A stretch of 64,000 bases of DNA from an uncultured archaeon. GTDB taxonomy: Archaea; Asgardarchaeota; Thorarchaeia; Thorarchaeales; Thorarchaeaceae. Shown here one piece after another: positions 38,808-49,364 of this stretch. The translations under genes were made by a program, and so were the position numbers. The stretch lies in contig CAYYQL010000008.1 of the NCBI GenBank assembly GCA_964473825.1, forward strand, positions 35,374 to 99,373, read 5' to 3'. The first letter of the stretch is position 1, and the number at the start of each line of letters is the position of its first letter. The notes under the pieces were generated by a model. That model did not search any database. It saw only the letters and a list, made by a program, of their open reading frames with translations, and was not told the origin of the DNA.

Positions 38808-40124
38808 CTAAATGATAACACTCTCGATCTCTACCTTTCGTTCTTGAAGGCTGAGTGCATTGGCCTCCATTGTCTTTCCACCGTAGAGCTCTGCATGAGT
38901 TTGTCCGCGGTAGAGTGCGTCAGCGATACGGGCCATGGCGTCTGCCTTCATGATTCCACTTCCACTTGCCCCGTTGGCGGCGATTATGCCGTTTGTCTTG
39001 TAGACGAGGGGTATGGCATCCGGACTATAGCAGTATCCGCCTCCCCAGCTATTCACCGGGCGCGAGTTCTGAAAGGCCGGGAAATACTTGGAGAGTACCG
39101 GATAGATGCTGTTCTCATAGTAGGCGGATTCACCATTCAGATAGTTATCTTGTTGCGTATAGTGGTAAGCCCTTCCGAACTTGTCTCCACAGCCAACCCA
39201 GAAACCCTTCTCCTGCAGCTGCGGTCTGAAGTATACACCAGCAGACGGAAGGATTGTGAAAGGAATGCAGCCCAAATCATTGAAGCCATTGCTGTGGAGA
39301 ATCTCCATCAAGGGTTCCTTGTCTTCGGCGTGGATTACGAACAACTGCCGCTTCTTCGCCTTTGTTCGACTGTCGATTCCAATCGGATCAAGTAGTTCAT
39401 TTGCCCAAGCACCTGTTGCTAAGACAACCGTTTCAGCTTTGAAGTCCCCCTCGGTAGTCCTGACAGCGCCTACGCGCTTATTCTGCCACACATAGGGCTC
39501 GCCTGGCAGATCAAGAGGCGGATCCGCAGCAAGAATTAGCCCAGTAACATCTACCCCAAAGAGCGGTTTTACGCTACTCATTCTCTTGAACTCCCCGAGA
39601 TAAAACTCAACCAGCTTTGTAGGGTCCAAGACTGCGCAATCTCCGCCAAACAGCCCGTAATCAACCTGTTCTAAGTTCATGAGTTCAGCTTCTTCATCTC
39701 CCTCAAAGTCTACACTGAGGCCGGGAATCATGGACTTGAGCTCCTCTTTCTCATAGACCCGGTGGTGAATATCTGATTCTCTCATACGCCGCATCCACAT
39801 CTGTATGCTCTCGTGCCCGAACTGGTTCTTACTGAGGAGCCAGAGATAGCCCGTCTTCTCGAACATTAGGTCATGGTTGAGTTCCGACTGGATGTGCTCC
39901 ATGAACTTCACGGAGGTGTCTGTAAGAAGCTGATTTGTTGACGAAGCAAACATGTTTCTCACAGCTGCCGCGCTCATTGCGGTATTGGCCTGTCCTGCTG
40001 CAGGCAGCCTATCTACCAGAAGAATTTCTTTCTCGGGATTGTTCTTTTGCAGATAGTATGCCGACGCCACACCAACTACGCCCGCACCTACAACAATGAT
40101 ATCGTATGTTTTTGGATTAGTCAC
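38808..40124 (-). CDS. FAD-dependent oxidoreductase (sarcosine oxidase/proline dehydrogenase beta-like)
   Basis: YDIIVVGAGVVG, VVLATGAW, SGSGIMKADA; GTG start at 40124. Confidence 0.9.
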   Translation of the reverse strand: MTNPKTYDIIVVGAGVVGVASAYYLQKNNPEKEILLVDRLPAAGQANTAMSAAAVRNMFASSTNQLLTDTSVKFMEHIQSELNHDLMFEKTGYLWLLSKNQFGHESIQMWMRRMRESDIHHRVYEKEELKSMIPGLSVDFEGDEEAELMNLEQVDYGLFGGDCAVLDPTKLVEFYLGEFKRMSSVKPLFGVDVTGLILAADPPLDLPGEPYVWQNKRVGAVRTTEGDFKAETVVLATGAWANELLDPIGIDSRTKAKKRQLFVIHAEDKEPLMEILHSNGFNDLGCIPFTILPSAGVYFRPQLQEKGFWVGCGDKFGRAYHYTQQDNYLNGESAYYENSIYPVLSKYFPAFQNSRPVNSWGGGYCYSPDAIPLVYKTNGIIAANGASGSGIMKADAMARIADALYRGQTHAELYGGKTMEANALSLQERKVEIESVII

Positions 40125-40275
40125 AGTTGAGCCTCCTGTCTGACATCTGCGGCTTCTTCTTGGCAACCTTTAACGTTTGCCTTGCTTGCGAAAGGCCCGA
40201 CCACTCCCGAAAGATAGGCATGATATAAAAGGTGCCAGCCGATTCACTGAAGGCAACCAAGAGGATGTAATAAGA

Positions 40276-42012
40276 ATGACAAGGGTCAGACTTCGATATA
40301 TTGTTCTTCTCATTGCGCTTGCTCTTCTGTTGGGTGGAACGGCAATTGGTCATGCTGTGCTGACAGATAGCGGCAGTGTAATAGTAACCGAAGAGCAGGT
40401 TGAGGCTGCTGATGGAGCATCGATTGTGTGCACTTTGCAGAGACCTGTCTATGCAACTGGCTCAGAACAGCTGCCAGGAGTTCTTGTTATCCATGGTTCT
40501 CTCCAAAGCAAGGAGTGGTTGATGGCCTTCGGAATCGAGCTGGCCCGCCGCGGTTTCGTTGTATTGACAATGGATGCGAATGGTCATGGCGAATCGGACC
40601 CCGGAGACCCCGGATTGGGCTCGGCAGCCGCACTTGAGTATCTGGCATCTCTTGAATACGTTGATAGTTCATCTCTCGGAATCATAGGTCACAGCATGGG
40701 TGGAGGTCACGCCTGGCGTGCTATCGCTTCCTCCCCAATACATGTTTCATCAATCGTCTTAGTCGGGAGCCGCGCACCGCGCAATGTGAGTACTGTGGCC
40801 TACATTCCAAACATGTTGGTTGCAGTCGGCGATTTTGATTCGCTTTCATCATATCCTAGAGATACGACTCCCCTGGAGGCCTCGTTCAATGTGACACCGG
40901 TAGAAGCGGGAGTGACTTATGGTTCATTTGAATCCGAGACTGCCCGGAGGCTCTTTGTGTCTAGAACGAATCATCTGTTCGAAACCGTTGATCCTGCCAT
41001 AGTGAGTGAAACAGTTGAGTGGATGAAAGACAGTCTGAAGGCCGGGGCAGAAGACGCCCACTGGCGTCCGAGTGATGAGCTTGTTTATCAGACTTGGCTG
41101 TTCGGAGGTCTGCTCAGCATTGGTGGTGCAGTTCTAACCATCTTTCCTGTTATGGCCGTTCTTCTAGGATTCTCATTTTTTGATGAATTAGCACAGAAAC
41201 CAATCACACGCGGATCGCCCTCATACCTGAAGTTCGGCTTGCTTTACGGCATCTTGAGTCTCGGCCTCTTCTATCCGCTGATGTTTCTGGGAATCATGCT
41301 TAGTAGTGTCTTGTACATACCCATGGCTAATGCGACTCCTATTGTTACCTGGCTACTAGGCACAGGGCTGATATCATTGGGGGTACTCCGTTGGCTCTCA
41401 GGTCGTGGCTCTCTGGATGGTCTGTCTTTCTCAGAGCTTGCACATAGCGAGGAGGGTCCAAGAAGTCTCGTCAGCGGATTGTTCAGACCTCTACTTCTGG
41501 CTGCATTGGTATTGGGCTGGCTCTATGTTTGGACCTCAATGGTGAGTTACGCCACTGTACTTGATCTGAGATGCTTCCTTCCGGGATTCAAGATTCTCAC
41601 ACCAACTCGAGCTCTGTTCATGTTGTTGTTCTTCGCAGTGTTCGTTGTGTACTTCTATGTGGAAGGTATGTGGCTTACGGGACTGCTACCATCGACTCTG
41701 TCTGGCAAGGGATTCCAATCGCATGTCGAATGGACTCTCAAGGCGGTCTTGGTTAAGGTACTGCCGTACGTTGTGATGATATCCATAGAGTTTGTTGGCG
41801 GTCTTCTAACGGGCTACCCCCTCATCCCTGGATTCATAGGCTACACTTTCCTGTTCTTCTATGCTTTCGCACCATGGTTTGTGGTGGCAGCAGCAGTTGC
41901 CATGTGGAGCTATCGGCTCACGAATGACTACAGGGTCGGCGCTTTCGTCAACGCGCTGATCTGCGCATGGTTGATTGCAACAATCTTGTCCCTTCCCGCT
42001 TCGCTTGGATAG
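40276..42012 (+). CDS. membrane-anchored alpha/beta hydrolase with C-terminal multi-TM domain
   Basis: PGVLVIHG, ELARRGFVVL, GHSMGG, then ~8 TM helices. Confidence 0.85.
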   Translation: MTRVRLRYIVLLIALALLLGGTAIGHAVLTDSGSVIVTEEQVEAADGASIVCTLQRPVYATGSEQLPGVLVIHGSLQSKEWLMAFGIELARRGFVVLTMDANGHGESDPGDPGLGSAAALEYLASLEYVDSSSLGIIGHSMGGGHAWRAIASSPIHVSSIVLVGSRAPRNVSTVAYIPNMLVAVGDFDSLSSYPRDTTPLEASFNVTPVEAGVTYGSFESETARRLFVSRTNHLFETVDPAIVSETVEWMKDSLKAGAEDAHWRPSDELVYQTWLFGGLLSIGGAVLTIFPVMAVLLGFSFFDELAQKPITRGSPSYLKFGLLYGILSLGLFYPLMFLGIMLSSVLYIPMANATPIVTWLLGTGLISLGVLRWLSGRGSLDGLSFSELAHSEEGPRSLVSGLFRPLLLAALVLGWLYVWTSMVSYATVLDLRCFLPGFKILTPTRALFMLLFFAVFVVYFYVEGMWLTGLLPSTLSGKGFQSHVEWTLKAVLVKVLPYVVMISIEFVGGLLTGYPLIPGFIGYTFLFFYAFAPWFVVAAAVAMWSYRLTNDYRVGAFVNALICAWLIATILSLPASLG

Positions 42013-42288
42013 GGAACACATGCTGCAGGCACAATGCCTCTCAGAGCGGATGATCTCAAGACGGCTGAACAGGATACAATCCCAACGGCTTGACTAGGCA
42101 GCTACTGTGACCTGTGAGCAGCTTAACCGAATCCTATCTGTGATATACTCTGACATTATGGGAACTATGCCCGAGGGTTCCGTGTTCCGACTGACAGTTT
42201 CGTCTTATGCATATCGGTCCACGAGAGAGGGAGAGGCCCCCTTGGAGGCCTATCCAGATGCGTTTCAGAGCAAGCTTGACTCTTTTTT

Positions 42289-43653
42289 CTACTCGTAGGC
42301 GCGCTCCACGATGGCTTCATCGTGAACCTCTCCTGTTTTGACTAGTGCAGTGAAGATGAATGCGACCGTGAGGAACACAAGTGCTAACGGATAGAGATTC
42401 CCGATCGAAGTCAAATCGAAGATAATTCCTGCAACCAACGGACCAAACACAGCGGCGCTCATACTTGCGAGGTAGTATAACCCAGTGCCAGCCCCAATCT
42501 TCTCTTGGCCAAGCATCTGCCACATCATCACAATACTGTTCACGTTTATCAATGCCCAGCCGATGCCTGCGACTGCAAGAATCGCCATTATCGTATAGTA
42601 GTCAACAGTGAACCACAAAGCAACTATTGCCACGGCCATCACTGCTAATCCCGAGAGAATTGTCCTCTTTCGTCCGAAGTAGTTTGCAATGTACCCAGCT
42701 GGCACTGCGAAGATGACGAAAGATAAAGCAATCCCATTGAGCAGGAATGAAGCGTCTGCAGTTGCGAAACCAAGGATTTCGTTTCCATACTTGGTGAACC
42801 AAGTCGAAATTGCATTATACGCAAGGAACCAGAACAATATTGCACCGAGCATGGTCATTGCGGACCTGTCCTCCGAGAAGGATATCTGCCTTATTGCGTC
42901 TACAATAGCAACTCGTTCTTGGTCTGGTTCATAGGGAACCTCAGGTTCTTTGATGACAATGAAGAGAATCACCACTGCAATGACCATGATTATTGATGTC
43001 GAAAGGAATGCCAAGATGGGGCCAACTTGGTTAGGTGCAACCCCAAGCACTGCCGCCAGATTTGCGTCCTCAATCTTGTAGATCTGCGATGCGACTGCGA
43101 AAGCGTAGATAGCTCCAATCCCTCCCATCAGGTTGATGACGCCGTTTGCCTGACTTCGATGTTCTGAAGCCACTAAGTCGGGCATCAGAGCTACCACAGG
43201 AGCCCGATAGAATGCCATTGAAACATTGAATATCGTTATCATAGCGAACATCAGCCAGAACAGAGACAATGCCCACCCATATGCTATCAGGGTGAAGAAT
43301 ACAGCAGCAATAGGCGTCCCAATCATGATATAGGGCATCCTTTTACCCCATCGACTCCGGGTTGAATCACTCTTGGCTCCAATGTACGGCTGCAAGAGCA
43401 GAGCAAGAATGTTGTCCATGACCATTATGGCGCCGATTATGGTATTCTGCAGGTCTCCGACGATGAAGGCAGGGAGAAAATCAGCCGGCAAGTAGCTGTC
43501 ATAAAGACTCCAGCTTATCCCTGTTGTGAAGAAGCCGAGCCCAATAGCTAAGACATAGAGCCATCGTAGACCAGGCTGAGATTGTGATGAAACGGGTGAG
43601 TCGTTGCCGCTATCATCGTTCTCAGCTGTTGTCATTCCATCATTGGTTTTCAT
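42289..43653 (-). CDS. MFS transporter (SLC45/GPH-like)
   Basis: QPYIGAKSDSTRSRWGKRMPY; ~12 TM helices. Confidence 0.9.
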   Translation of the reverse strand: MKTNDGMTTAENDDSGNDSPVSSQSQPGLRWLYVLAIGLGFFTTGISWSLYDSYLPADFLPAFIVGDLQNTIIGAIMVMDNILALLLQPYIGAKSDSTRSRWGKRMPYIMIGTPIAAVFFTLIAYGWALSLFWLMFAMITIFNVSMAFYRAPVVALMPDLVASEHRSQANGVINLMGGIGAIYAFAVASQIYKIEDANLAAVLGVAPNQVGPILAFLSTSIIMVIAVVILFIVIKEPEVPYEPDQERVAIVDAIRQISFSEDRSAMTMLGAILFWFLAYNAISTWFTKYGNEILGFATADASFLLNGIALSFVIFAVPAGYIANYFGRKRTILSGLAVMAVAIVALWFTVDYYTIMAILAVAGIGWALINVNSIVMMWQMLGQEKIGAGTGLYYLASMSAAVFGPLVAGIIFDLTSIGNLYPLALVFLTVAFIFTALVKTGEVHDEAIVERAYE

Positions 43654-43809
43654 CCTACTAACACTCCTCGTATTGTGACGAATATCGGTACTACAAACCT
43701 GTATAATAGGATGACGTCTCAGCACGTCAACTGGATTGTGGCATGATTCTATTTGCAGATGAGCGTTTTCAGGCTGTCGATTCCAATCCCCAGAGGTCTT
43801 AAGTGATGT

Positions 43810-44691
43810 TTGTCATCTCCTGACCACATGGATATTCTATGGGTCTTAACGCTGATTGTGGTGTTAATCATAGGTCTGCCTCTTACTATTCTGGGTTATG
43901 TCTTCTTTCAGGGCGATCGCCCTCACAAATCAAGACCTGCTACTTACCTTCAGAGCCTTCAAGATGATGCCGAAACAAAGCCCTTAGTTCTCTTTGCTGG
44001 AGATAGCCTTACCCATGGCAATATTGGTGTTGGGCATTTTGACATCATCAGTGAGGAATATGACCAACAAGCTCTGACTTTTGTGAATGCAGGTATCAAT
44101 GGGGATTTCGCATGGAATGTCTTGCAGCGAGTAGACGAGATGATCGAGTGCAAGCCCGACATTGTATTCATCCTAGTAGGGTCAAACGATGCCCTATCAC
44201 GCCTCCCGATAAGCTGCATTTCGGTTGCTCAACGAAGAAAGCATCTTCCCGAACGGCCCACTAAACGGTTGTTCGAAGAATCTCTCCGACCTCTCGTCAG
44301 ACGGTTTCTGGACGAATCTTCAGCTCAGATAGTCTTGATGTCCATTCCCCCTATCGGTGAAAAACTCCATTCCAATGCTCTTCAAGTGAGCAAGGAGTAC
44401 AGCAGTACTATCAAAGGAATCAGTCGTGAGTTGGGAGTAGACTACCTGCCCATTCATGAGGAGATGGTACAATACCTTCGCCATCATCCTCCAAGCCCGA
44501 CCTATCAGCTCAAGAATGCTATCCGTGGCATGGTAGTTGCGATGGTGCGCCACTTCGTCTTTGGAAAGAGCTGGGATGCAATAGCCCAGAACTCCGGGCA
44601 GGTTCTCCATGTGGACCATATCCATCTCAACTCGACCGGGGCCAGCATCATTGCGGATTCAGTTAGGGAGTACTTGACTTTGATGGATTGA
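43810..44691 (+). CDS. SGNH/GDSL hydrolase
   Basis: AGDSLT, NAGING, GSND, DHIHLN; N-terminal TM helix. Confidence 0.9.
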   Translation: MSSPDHMDILWVLTLIVVLIIGLPLTILGYVFFQGDRPHKSRPATYLQSLQDDAETKPLVLFAGDSLTHGNIGVGHFDIISEEYDQQALTFVNAGINGDFAWNVLQRVDEMIECKPDIVFILVGSNDALSRLPISCISVAQRRKHLPERPTKRLFEESLRPLVRRFLDESSAQIVLMSIPPIGEKLHSNALQVSKEYSSTIKGISRELGVDYLPIHEEMVQYLRHHPPSPTYQLKNAIRGMVVAMVRHFVFGKSWDAIAQNSGQVLHVDHIHLNSTGASIIADSVREYLTLMD

Positions 44692-44785
44692 AACAGATGA
44701 AAACCGACTGGAGAGTCCCATTCTGGATGGAATCACAGCTCTCTTTGGGGCTACCAAAACTCGAGGAGGGCTTAATGCAACACGT

Positions 44786-44810
44786 GTGATTGCAGGAAGA
44801 CCGCAATCAC
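44786..44810. terminator. hairpin between convergent genes
   Basis: GTGATTGC-9 nt-GCAATCAC. Confidence 0.4.
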
Positions 44811-44828
44811 CACGATAGAATGATGTGG

Positions 44829-45452
44829 TTACGGTCCATCTCTACTTACTAAAAAAGCCACGACTCTCTCCAAGAGATAGCATGGCGTCTTGCTTAATGA
44901 TCTGCTTACGTTTCCCTTCGATGTCCCCACAATCGATCCAATCTCTGTAACAGTTTTCTTCTCCCAAATATAGTGGTAGCAATGCTTTAGCTGAGTCGTA
45001 GTCATCCCGAGCAAGGAGGTGAGAAAGAGAACAGACACTATGACCATATTGGACTCTTCATCGGAGCTGTTCTCATCAATCCTGAAGTCGGCAGATCGCG
45101 TCATGTATTTCGTCTTCTTTATTTCGTTGAGAGCCTCTCTTGCATTCCAGAAGGCTGGGCCATCACACTCATCTGCGTTCTTCTTACGAATCGTGACTTG
45201 CCCTGTCCCGAGGCCGACGCGAAACTCCAGTTCCTTCATGAGAAGGCTATGAAATACGAATACAATGGGACGCCAACTGCTGACCAGCAGCTCAAGACTA
45301 TCCCCTTGGGTGAGTGCTGGTAGTGCTAGACAGTCCTCCTCATATCGGTTGTGTACGTACTTCAAGAGTTCTCGCAACGTCTTGTCAAGCTCTCTTCGTT
45401 TGCCAATCTCTGTCTCTCGTGAGGCTACAATATCGATGATCACTGCAATCAC
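44829..45452 (-). CDS. SatD family protein with C-terminal HTH
   Basis: IIDIVASR, TQGDSLE, RVGLGTG, DGPAFWNAR, HTH TVTEIGSIVGTSKGNVS. Confidence 0.85.
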   Translation of the reverse strand: MIAVIIDIVASRETEIGKRRELDKTLRELLKYVHNRYEEDCLALPALTQGDSLELLVSSWRPIVFVFHSLLMKELEFRVGLGTGQVTIRKKNADECDGPAFWNAREALNEIKKTKYMTRSADFRIDENSSDEESNMVIVSVLFLTSLLGMTTTQLKHCYHYIWEKKTVTEIGSIVGTSKGNVSRSLSKTPCYLLERVVAFLVSRDGP

Positions 45453-45456
45453 TGCA

Positions 45457-45957
45457 TCATCTCCCGACCAAGAGGAAGCGGAAGGCTGCCCAGGAGAGCG
45501 CTAAGGCCATTGTGATGCTCATGAGCGTCCCGAGGATATACCAGTCAGCGCAGGCGCGGTCATCCGTTTCTCGACTAGAGTATCTGAAGATTGCCTTGGC
45601 CGCAACTATCACGGAGAGAAAACTCAGAAGTGATGGAAACGACATGGTCTCATCGTAATGAGTGATCATCATTGCCAAGAACAAGAGGCTTCGCTCTGTG
45701 TATCCAATGAGATATCCTCCGTTCCGGAGACCACCGCATTTGTCACCGATGTCATCTCCGCTTCCCTGTACTGCAAAGATCAGGTCGATCAGCAGTCCTG
45801 GTAAGGACACAGTCAGTAGGTAAGAAAGAAGAATCAACAGAGTATCAGTAGGGAGTGTTGTTAACGGATAGACCCTCATCAGATACATTCCAATAACACT
45901 AGCGACAGTGAGCGATACACCAGCAATTCTCTGAGAGTTCTTCACGGGTAACCACAT
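45457..45957 (-). CDS. SatE/DUF3307-like membrane protein
   Basis: GGYLIGYTER, AAKAIFRY, YILGTLMS; adjacent to SatD; start uncertain. Confidence 0.7.
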   Translation of the reverse strand: MWLPVKNSQRIAGVSLTVASVIGMYLMRVYPLTTLPTDTLLILLSYLLTVSLPGLLIDLIFAVQGSGDDIGDKCGGLRNGGYLIGYTERSLLFLAMMITHYDETMSFPSLLSFLSVIVAAKAIFRYSSRETDDRACADWYILGTLMSITMALALSWAAFRFLLVGR

Positions 45958-46208
45958 CCATCGAAATCCTTGAACATTGTATGGGTCTATATCTTGACCA
46001 TTCGTTTTAAGTCTGTGCATTGTTAACCTAATATATTAACAAGGTGTATTGTTGACCCTAACGGTAATCTTTCTATTGGTCTTAGTGCTGAGTTTCAATG
46101 TTCCAGATTGAATTGTCCGCTTCTTGTAGGAAATCGTGCAGGCTGTGTAAGCTATGGCCACAGATAGCCTTCCTTGATACTGATCATAGTAAGTCACTTG
46201 AGGAGTGA

Positions 46209-47483
46209 TTAGAGAAACAACTGGCTGAGAATCATTACGTATATCGTAGATACAATGAGATGAATGATCCCGAGTGGGATTACAGTCTTATTGAACTCGT
46301 TCCAAGTTAGCGGTTTCTGCTTCTCCTCCGCAATTGAAACAGCCACCATATTCGGTGAATCACCAAAGGGAACACAATACCCTCCTATGTTCGTACCTGC
46401 GACAAGAGCAATGGGCAGCATCTCGTTGACATCACCCAGCACTTTGGCTACCGGGGCGACGAGTATGCCCACTGCTTTTTTGTCTAGTGGAGATAGCACT
46501 GCTCCGGGTAACCATAACATGACAACAACTCCCAGAAACAGATTGGTCTCAGCCACTCCCACAAGTAACTCAGAAAGAACATCTATCACCCCTGTGGCAA
46601 TCATTGTCTGGATGATACCCAAGATTCCCACGAGGAAGAATACACTATCCCACGACAGTTGTTTTAGAAGATCGTGTGCCCTGTCCTTTGAAGTCACGAG
46701 AAGTGCTCCTGCTATCACAAGAGCGACTAGTGGCGCATCTCTCGGAAGTAACACCAGACCCACCACAAGAGCAATGAGACCTGCGAAAGAGGCAAAGAAC
46801 CCAAATCTTGACCTAATCATGCTTTTTGGATCTATGCCAAGTAGGATAGTTAGGTTTCTCTTCTTTCTAGTGTTGAGGATACCTGCAGACTTCTTCAGCA
46901 TGTATACCAGCGTAATGGCGAATAGAATCAATGACAGTGGAAGCATTGTCACAAAGAGAAGTGCGGTGTCAAACTCTGCGAAGTACACTATTACAAGGTT
47001 GGGAACCGAGCCTATTGGTAAGACAATGGAACTGACCCCTGCCGTTACAGCCTCAGTTATCAGGTATGGTCGGAAATCAATGTCCAGCGCATTGCAGACC
47101 TCTACTGTGAAGGTACTGACAATCATCATCGTTGGCATTGGACTGAAGAAAAGCGATATGGAGAACGTCAAGAGCATGAAATAGAAGAATACTTTTTTCG
47201 CGTCACCCCTGGCCCTTGTTGCTATTACCAACGCGGTCCATTGAAACAGTCCCGATGAGGCAACTACTGCAACTATTATCATCATCGAAGCAAGAAACAG
47301 AACAACATCCCATGCCATTGCTTTTGCAATCACGGTGAATGAATGCCCACCGAATAAGTACGCTGCAACTGCGGCCACCGCAAATGCAAGAAGCGCTGCG
47401 GCAGTATCATTGGCATGTTCGGTTGTGACACTGATCAGCATCACAACAAAGATCCCAATGATTATCAGACCGACGGGCTCCAT
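46209..47483 (-). CDS. ArsB/NhaD (SLC13) family permease
   Basis: SSGLFQW, PIGSVPNL, NIGG...PFGDSPN; ~12 TM helices. Confidence 0.85.
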   Translation of the reverse strand: MEPVGLIIIGIFVVMLISVTTEHANDTAAALLAFAVAAVAAYLFGGHSFTVIAKAMAWDVVLFLASMMIIVAVVASSGLFQWTALVIATRARGDAKKVFFYFMLLTFSISLFFSPMPTMMIVSTFTVEVCNALDIDFRPYLITEAVTAGVSSIVLPIGSVPNLVIVYFAEFDTALLFVTMLPLSLILFAITLVYMLKKSAGILNTRKKRNLTILLGIDPKSMIRSRFGFFASFAGLIALVVGLVLLPRDAPLVALVIAGALLVTSKDRAHDLLKQLSWDSVFFLVGILGIIQTMIATGVIDVLSELLVGVAETNLFLGVVVMLWLPGAVLSPLDKKAVGILVAPVAKVLGDVNEMLPIALVAGTNIGGYCVPFGDSPNMVAVSIAEEKQKPLTWNEFNKTVIPLGIIHLIVSTIYVMILSQLFL

Positions 47484-47763
47484 GATTTCTCGCCATCTAC
47501 TGCAGATGTCTTCCTGTTTCTTGGCTAGGCAAATACCACCTTATGAGCTCTATGTATCTGTCATTGCATCCTAAACAGTAGATCCGTCCACTATCCCGGA
47601 CTGAGAGCCATTACGTGGACAGAGTTATGCGTAACGGATTCGCTCCCTCTTCTGGTTGTGGAGAACCCTCTATTTCTGTTTCAATGCGGCCGACCTCGTG
47701 TCTGAAGACCATCACCTGCAACATGTCTAGCACATGAACGTATGTCGCATCACCTCGATAAAA

Positions 47764-48594
47764 TTAACTCTCAGGAGGGGGAACCGTGATTTGGGCTCGC
47801 TTGTTGAACATCTCCTTCAGGAAGATTCTCGATGCAATGAGACCAGACATGATGCACGCAAGGAATATCATCACGAAGACAATCACTTGATAGAGGGCAG
47901 CGGCCAAGACGGGGGTGCCACCGATGATCATCCCTGACATTAGACCTGGGATGGAGACGATTCCGAGCGATGCATACCTGTTCAGATTGGGAAGCAACCC
48001 TGATCGGATTGATTCACGGATCGTCATGTTGGTTGCCTGTAGGGGCGATGCTCCCAGCGCTAGTGCCGTTTCCAACAATGATCTCTGTTTCTGCGCGTTG
48101 GACCACATCCTCTCCATGACTAGGGAGTTGATGCCCATCGCGTTTCCAATTACCATTCCTCCCATTGGGATGATGTATTCACCGACAGGGCGAACTACTC
48201 CAAGGAGGACGCTAATCACCATAACTGAGAGCCCAGAGAGAAGAATTGCTGGCGCGCCCGCTTTGAAGATGCCGGGAATGTCATCTAGATTCGATTGTGA
48301 GGTATGGGCCGCAAAGAGCGCCATAAAGGCAAGGACTGTAAAGATGATAAACAGGTTCTGGAGCGCGAAAATCTCTAGAAGTATTAGCGCCATGAGGATG
48401 ATCTGGATGGTCCCTCTGACTGTCCCTATGATAAGCTTCTCTTCTATTCCTATCTTTTGCCATCTGCTGAGTGCTATCAAAACAACGAGCAGAACCATTG
48501 CCGCAGCATAACTGAATGCAGCTTCGGATACTTCTGAATCCAAACTCTGCAAGAAGTTGAGAATCGCCTCGTATAGGTTGAAGTTAGTTTGCAT
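47764..48594 (-). CDS. fetB: UPF0014 ABC permease (iron export FetB-like)
   Basis: RGTIQI, IIPMGGMVIGN, LALGAS, GIVSIPGLMSGMIIGG. Confidence 0.88.
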   Translation of the reverse strand: MQTNFNLYEAILNFLQSLDSEVSEAAFSYAAAMVLLVVLIALSRWQKIGIEEKLIIGTVRGTIQIILMALILLEIFALQNLFIIFTVLAFMALFAAHTSQSNLDDIPGIFKAGAPAILLSGLSVMVISVLLGVVRPVGEYIIPMGGMVIGNAMGINSLVMERMWSNAQKQRSLLETALALGASPLQATNMTIRESIRSGLLPNLNRYASLGIVSIPGLMSGMIIGGTPVLAAALYQVIVFVMIFLACIMSGLIASRIFLKEMFNKRAQITVPPPES

Positions 48595-49249
48595 TGTAGT
48601 TGACCTCCTCTCCGGTAGTGATCTCAATGACACGATCCGTCAACCTCTCGGCTTGTTCTCGATTGTGCGTGACCACCAACACTCCAATGTCGCGGGACTT
48701 GAGTAGCCCCTTCACTGTCTTCTCAACTGCAAGGGTAGACTTCTCGTCTAGTGCTGAAGTTGGCTCGTCCAGCAATAGGCCGCAGGGCTCAAGCAAGAGT
48801 GCGCGTGCTATAGCCACACGTTGTTTTTCTCCCCCTGAGAGATTCTCAGCCACTCTATCCAGATACTCGCCGTTCAGGTTGACCTCCTTCAAAATGCTCA
48901 CAAGTTCTTCCTCTGATGCCTCTTGATTGTGAATCTTGAGACCCCAGAGCAGATTCTCCCGTACGGTGCCCGGAAACATACTGGCCTGTTGTGGTACAAG
49001 AATGATACACTTCCTGAGTTGCTGTGGATCCCAATCTTGGACATTTCTGCCTTGAAATACAACTTCTCCCTCATCTGGAGTTGCCAGGTCAACGGCAATC
49101 CGAAGAAGAGTGCTCTTGCCACTCCCAGACTCCCCGCTAATCCCGACAATCTCGTTTGTGTGTAGATCTAGTGTGAAGTTCTTGAATAGAGTCCTCTGTC
49201 CGTATGCCATCGAGACTCCTTTCATCTCCAAGATAGATTCTGTGCTCAT
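48584..49249 (-). CDS. fetA: ABC ATP-binding protein (FetA-like)
   Basis: GESGSGKST, LSGGEKQR, LLLDEPTSALD; overlaps fetB. Confidence 0.88.
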   Translation of the reverse strand: MSTESILEMKGVSMAYGQRTLFKNFTLDLHTNEIVGISGESGSGKSTLLRIAVDLATPDEGEVVFQGRNVQDWDPQQLRKCIILVPQQASMFPGTVRENLLWGLKIHNQEASEEELVSILKEVNLNGEYLDRVAENLSGGEKQRVAIARALLLEPCGLLLDEPTSALDEKSTLAVEKTVKGLLKSRDIGVLVVTHNREQAERLTDRVIEITTGEEVNYNAN

Positions 49250-49364
49250 GTGCAGTATTCCTCGTTCCTATTGCTGGATGAATCATACTAAAGAATACTA
49301 CTCTACATACAGTGGCACAAAAGTCATATTGGGAGCCCACGTTCGAGACTTGGAGCTGCTACAT

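Noticed and set aside
46264-47184. 306-aa plus-strand ORF, and similar long antisense ORFs (10082-10813, 25500-26087, 29136-29720, 32383-33009, 38787-39395, 47915-48511)
   Set aside because: Antisense shadows of well-supported genes, with no motifs of their own
49110-49364. N-terminal extension of the propeller ORF given in the track
   Set aside because: Overlaps fetA on the opposite strand; the repeats begin at ATG 49365
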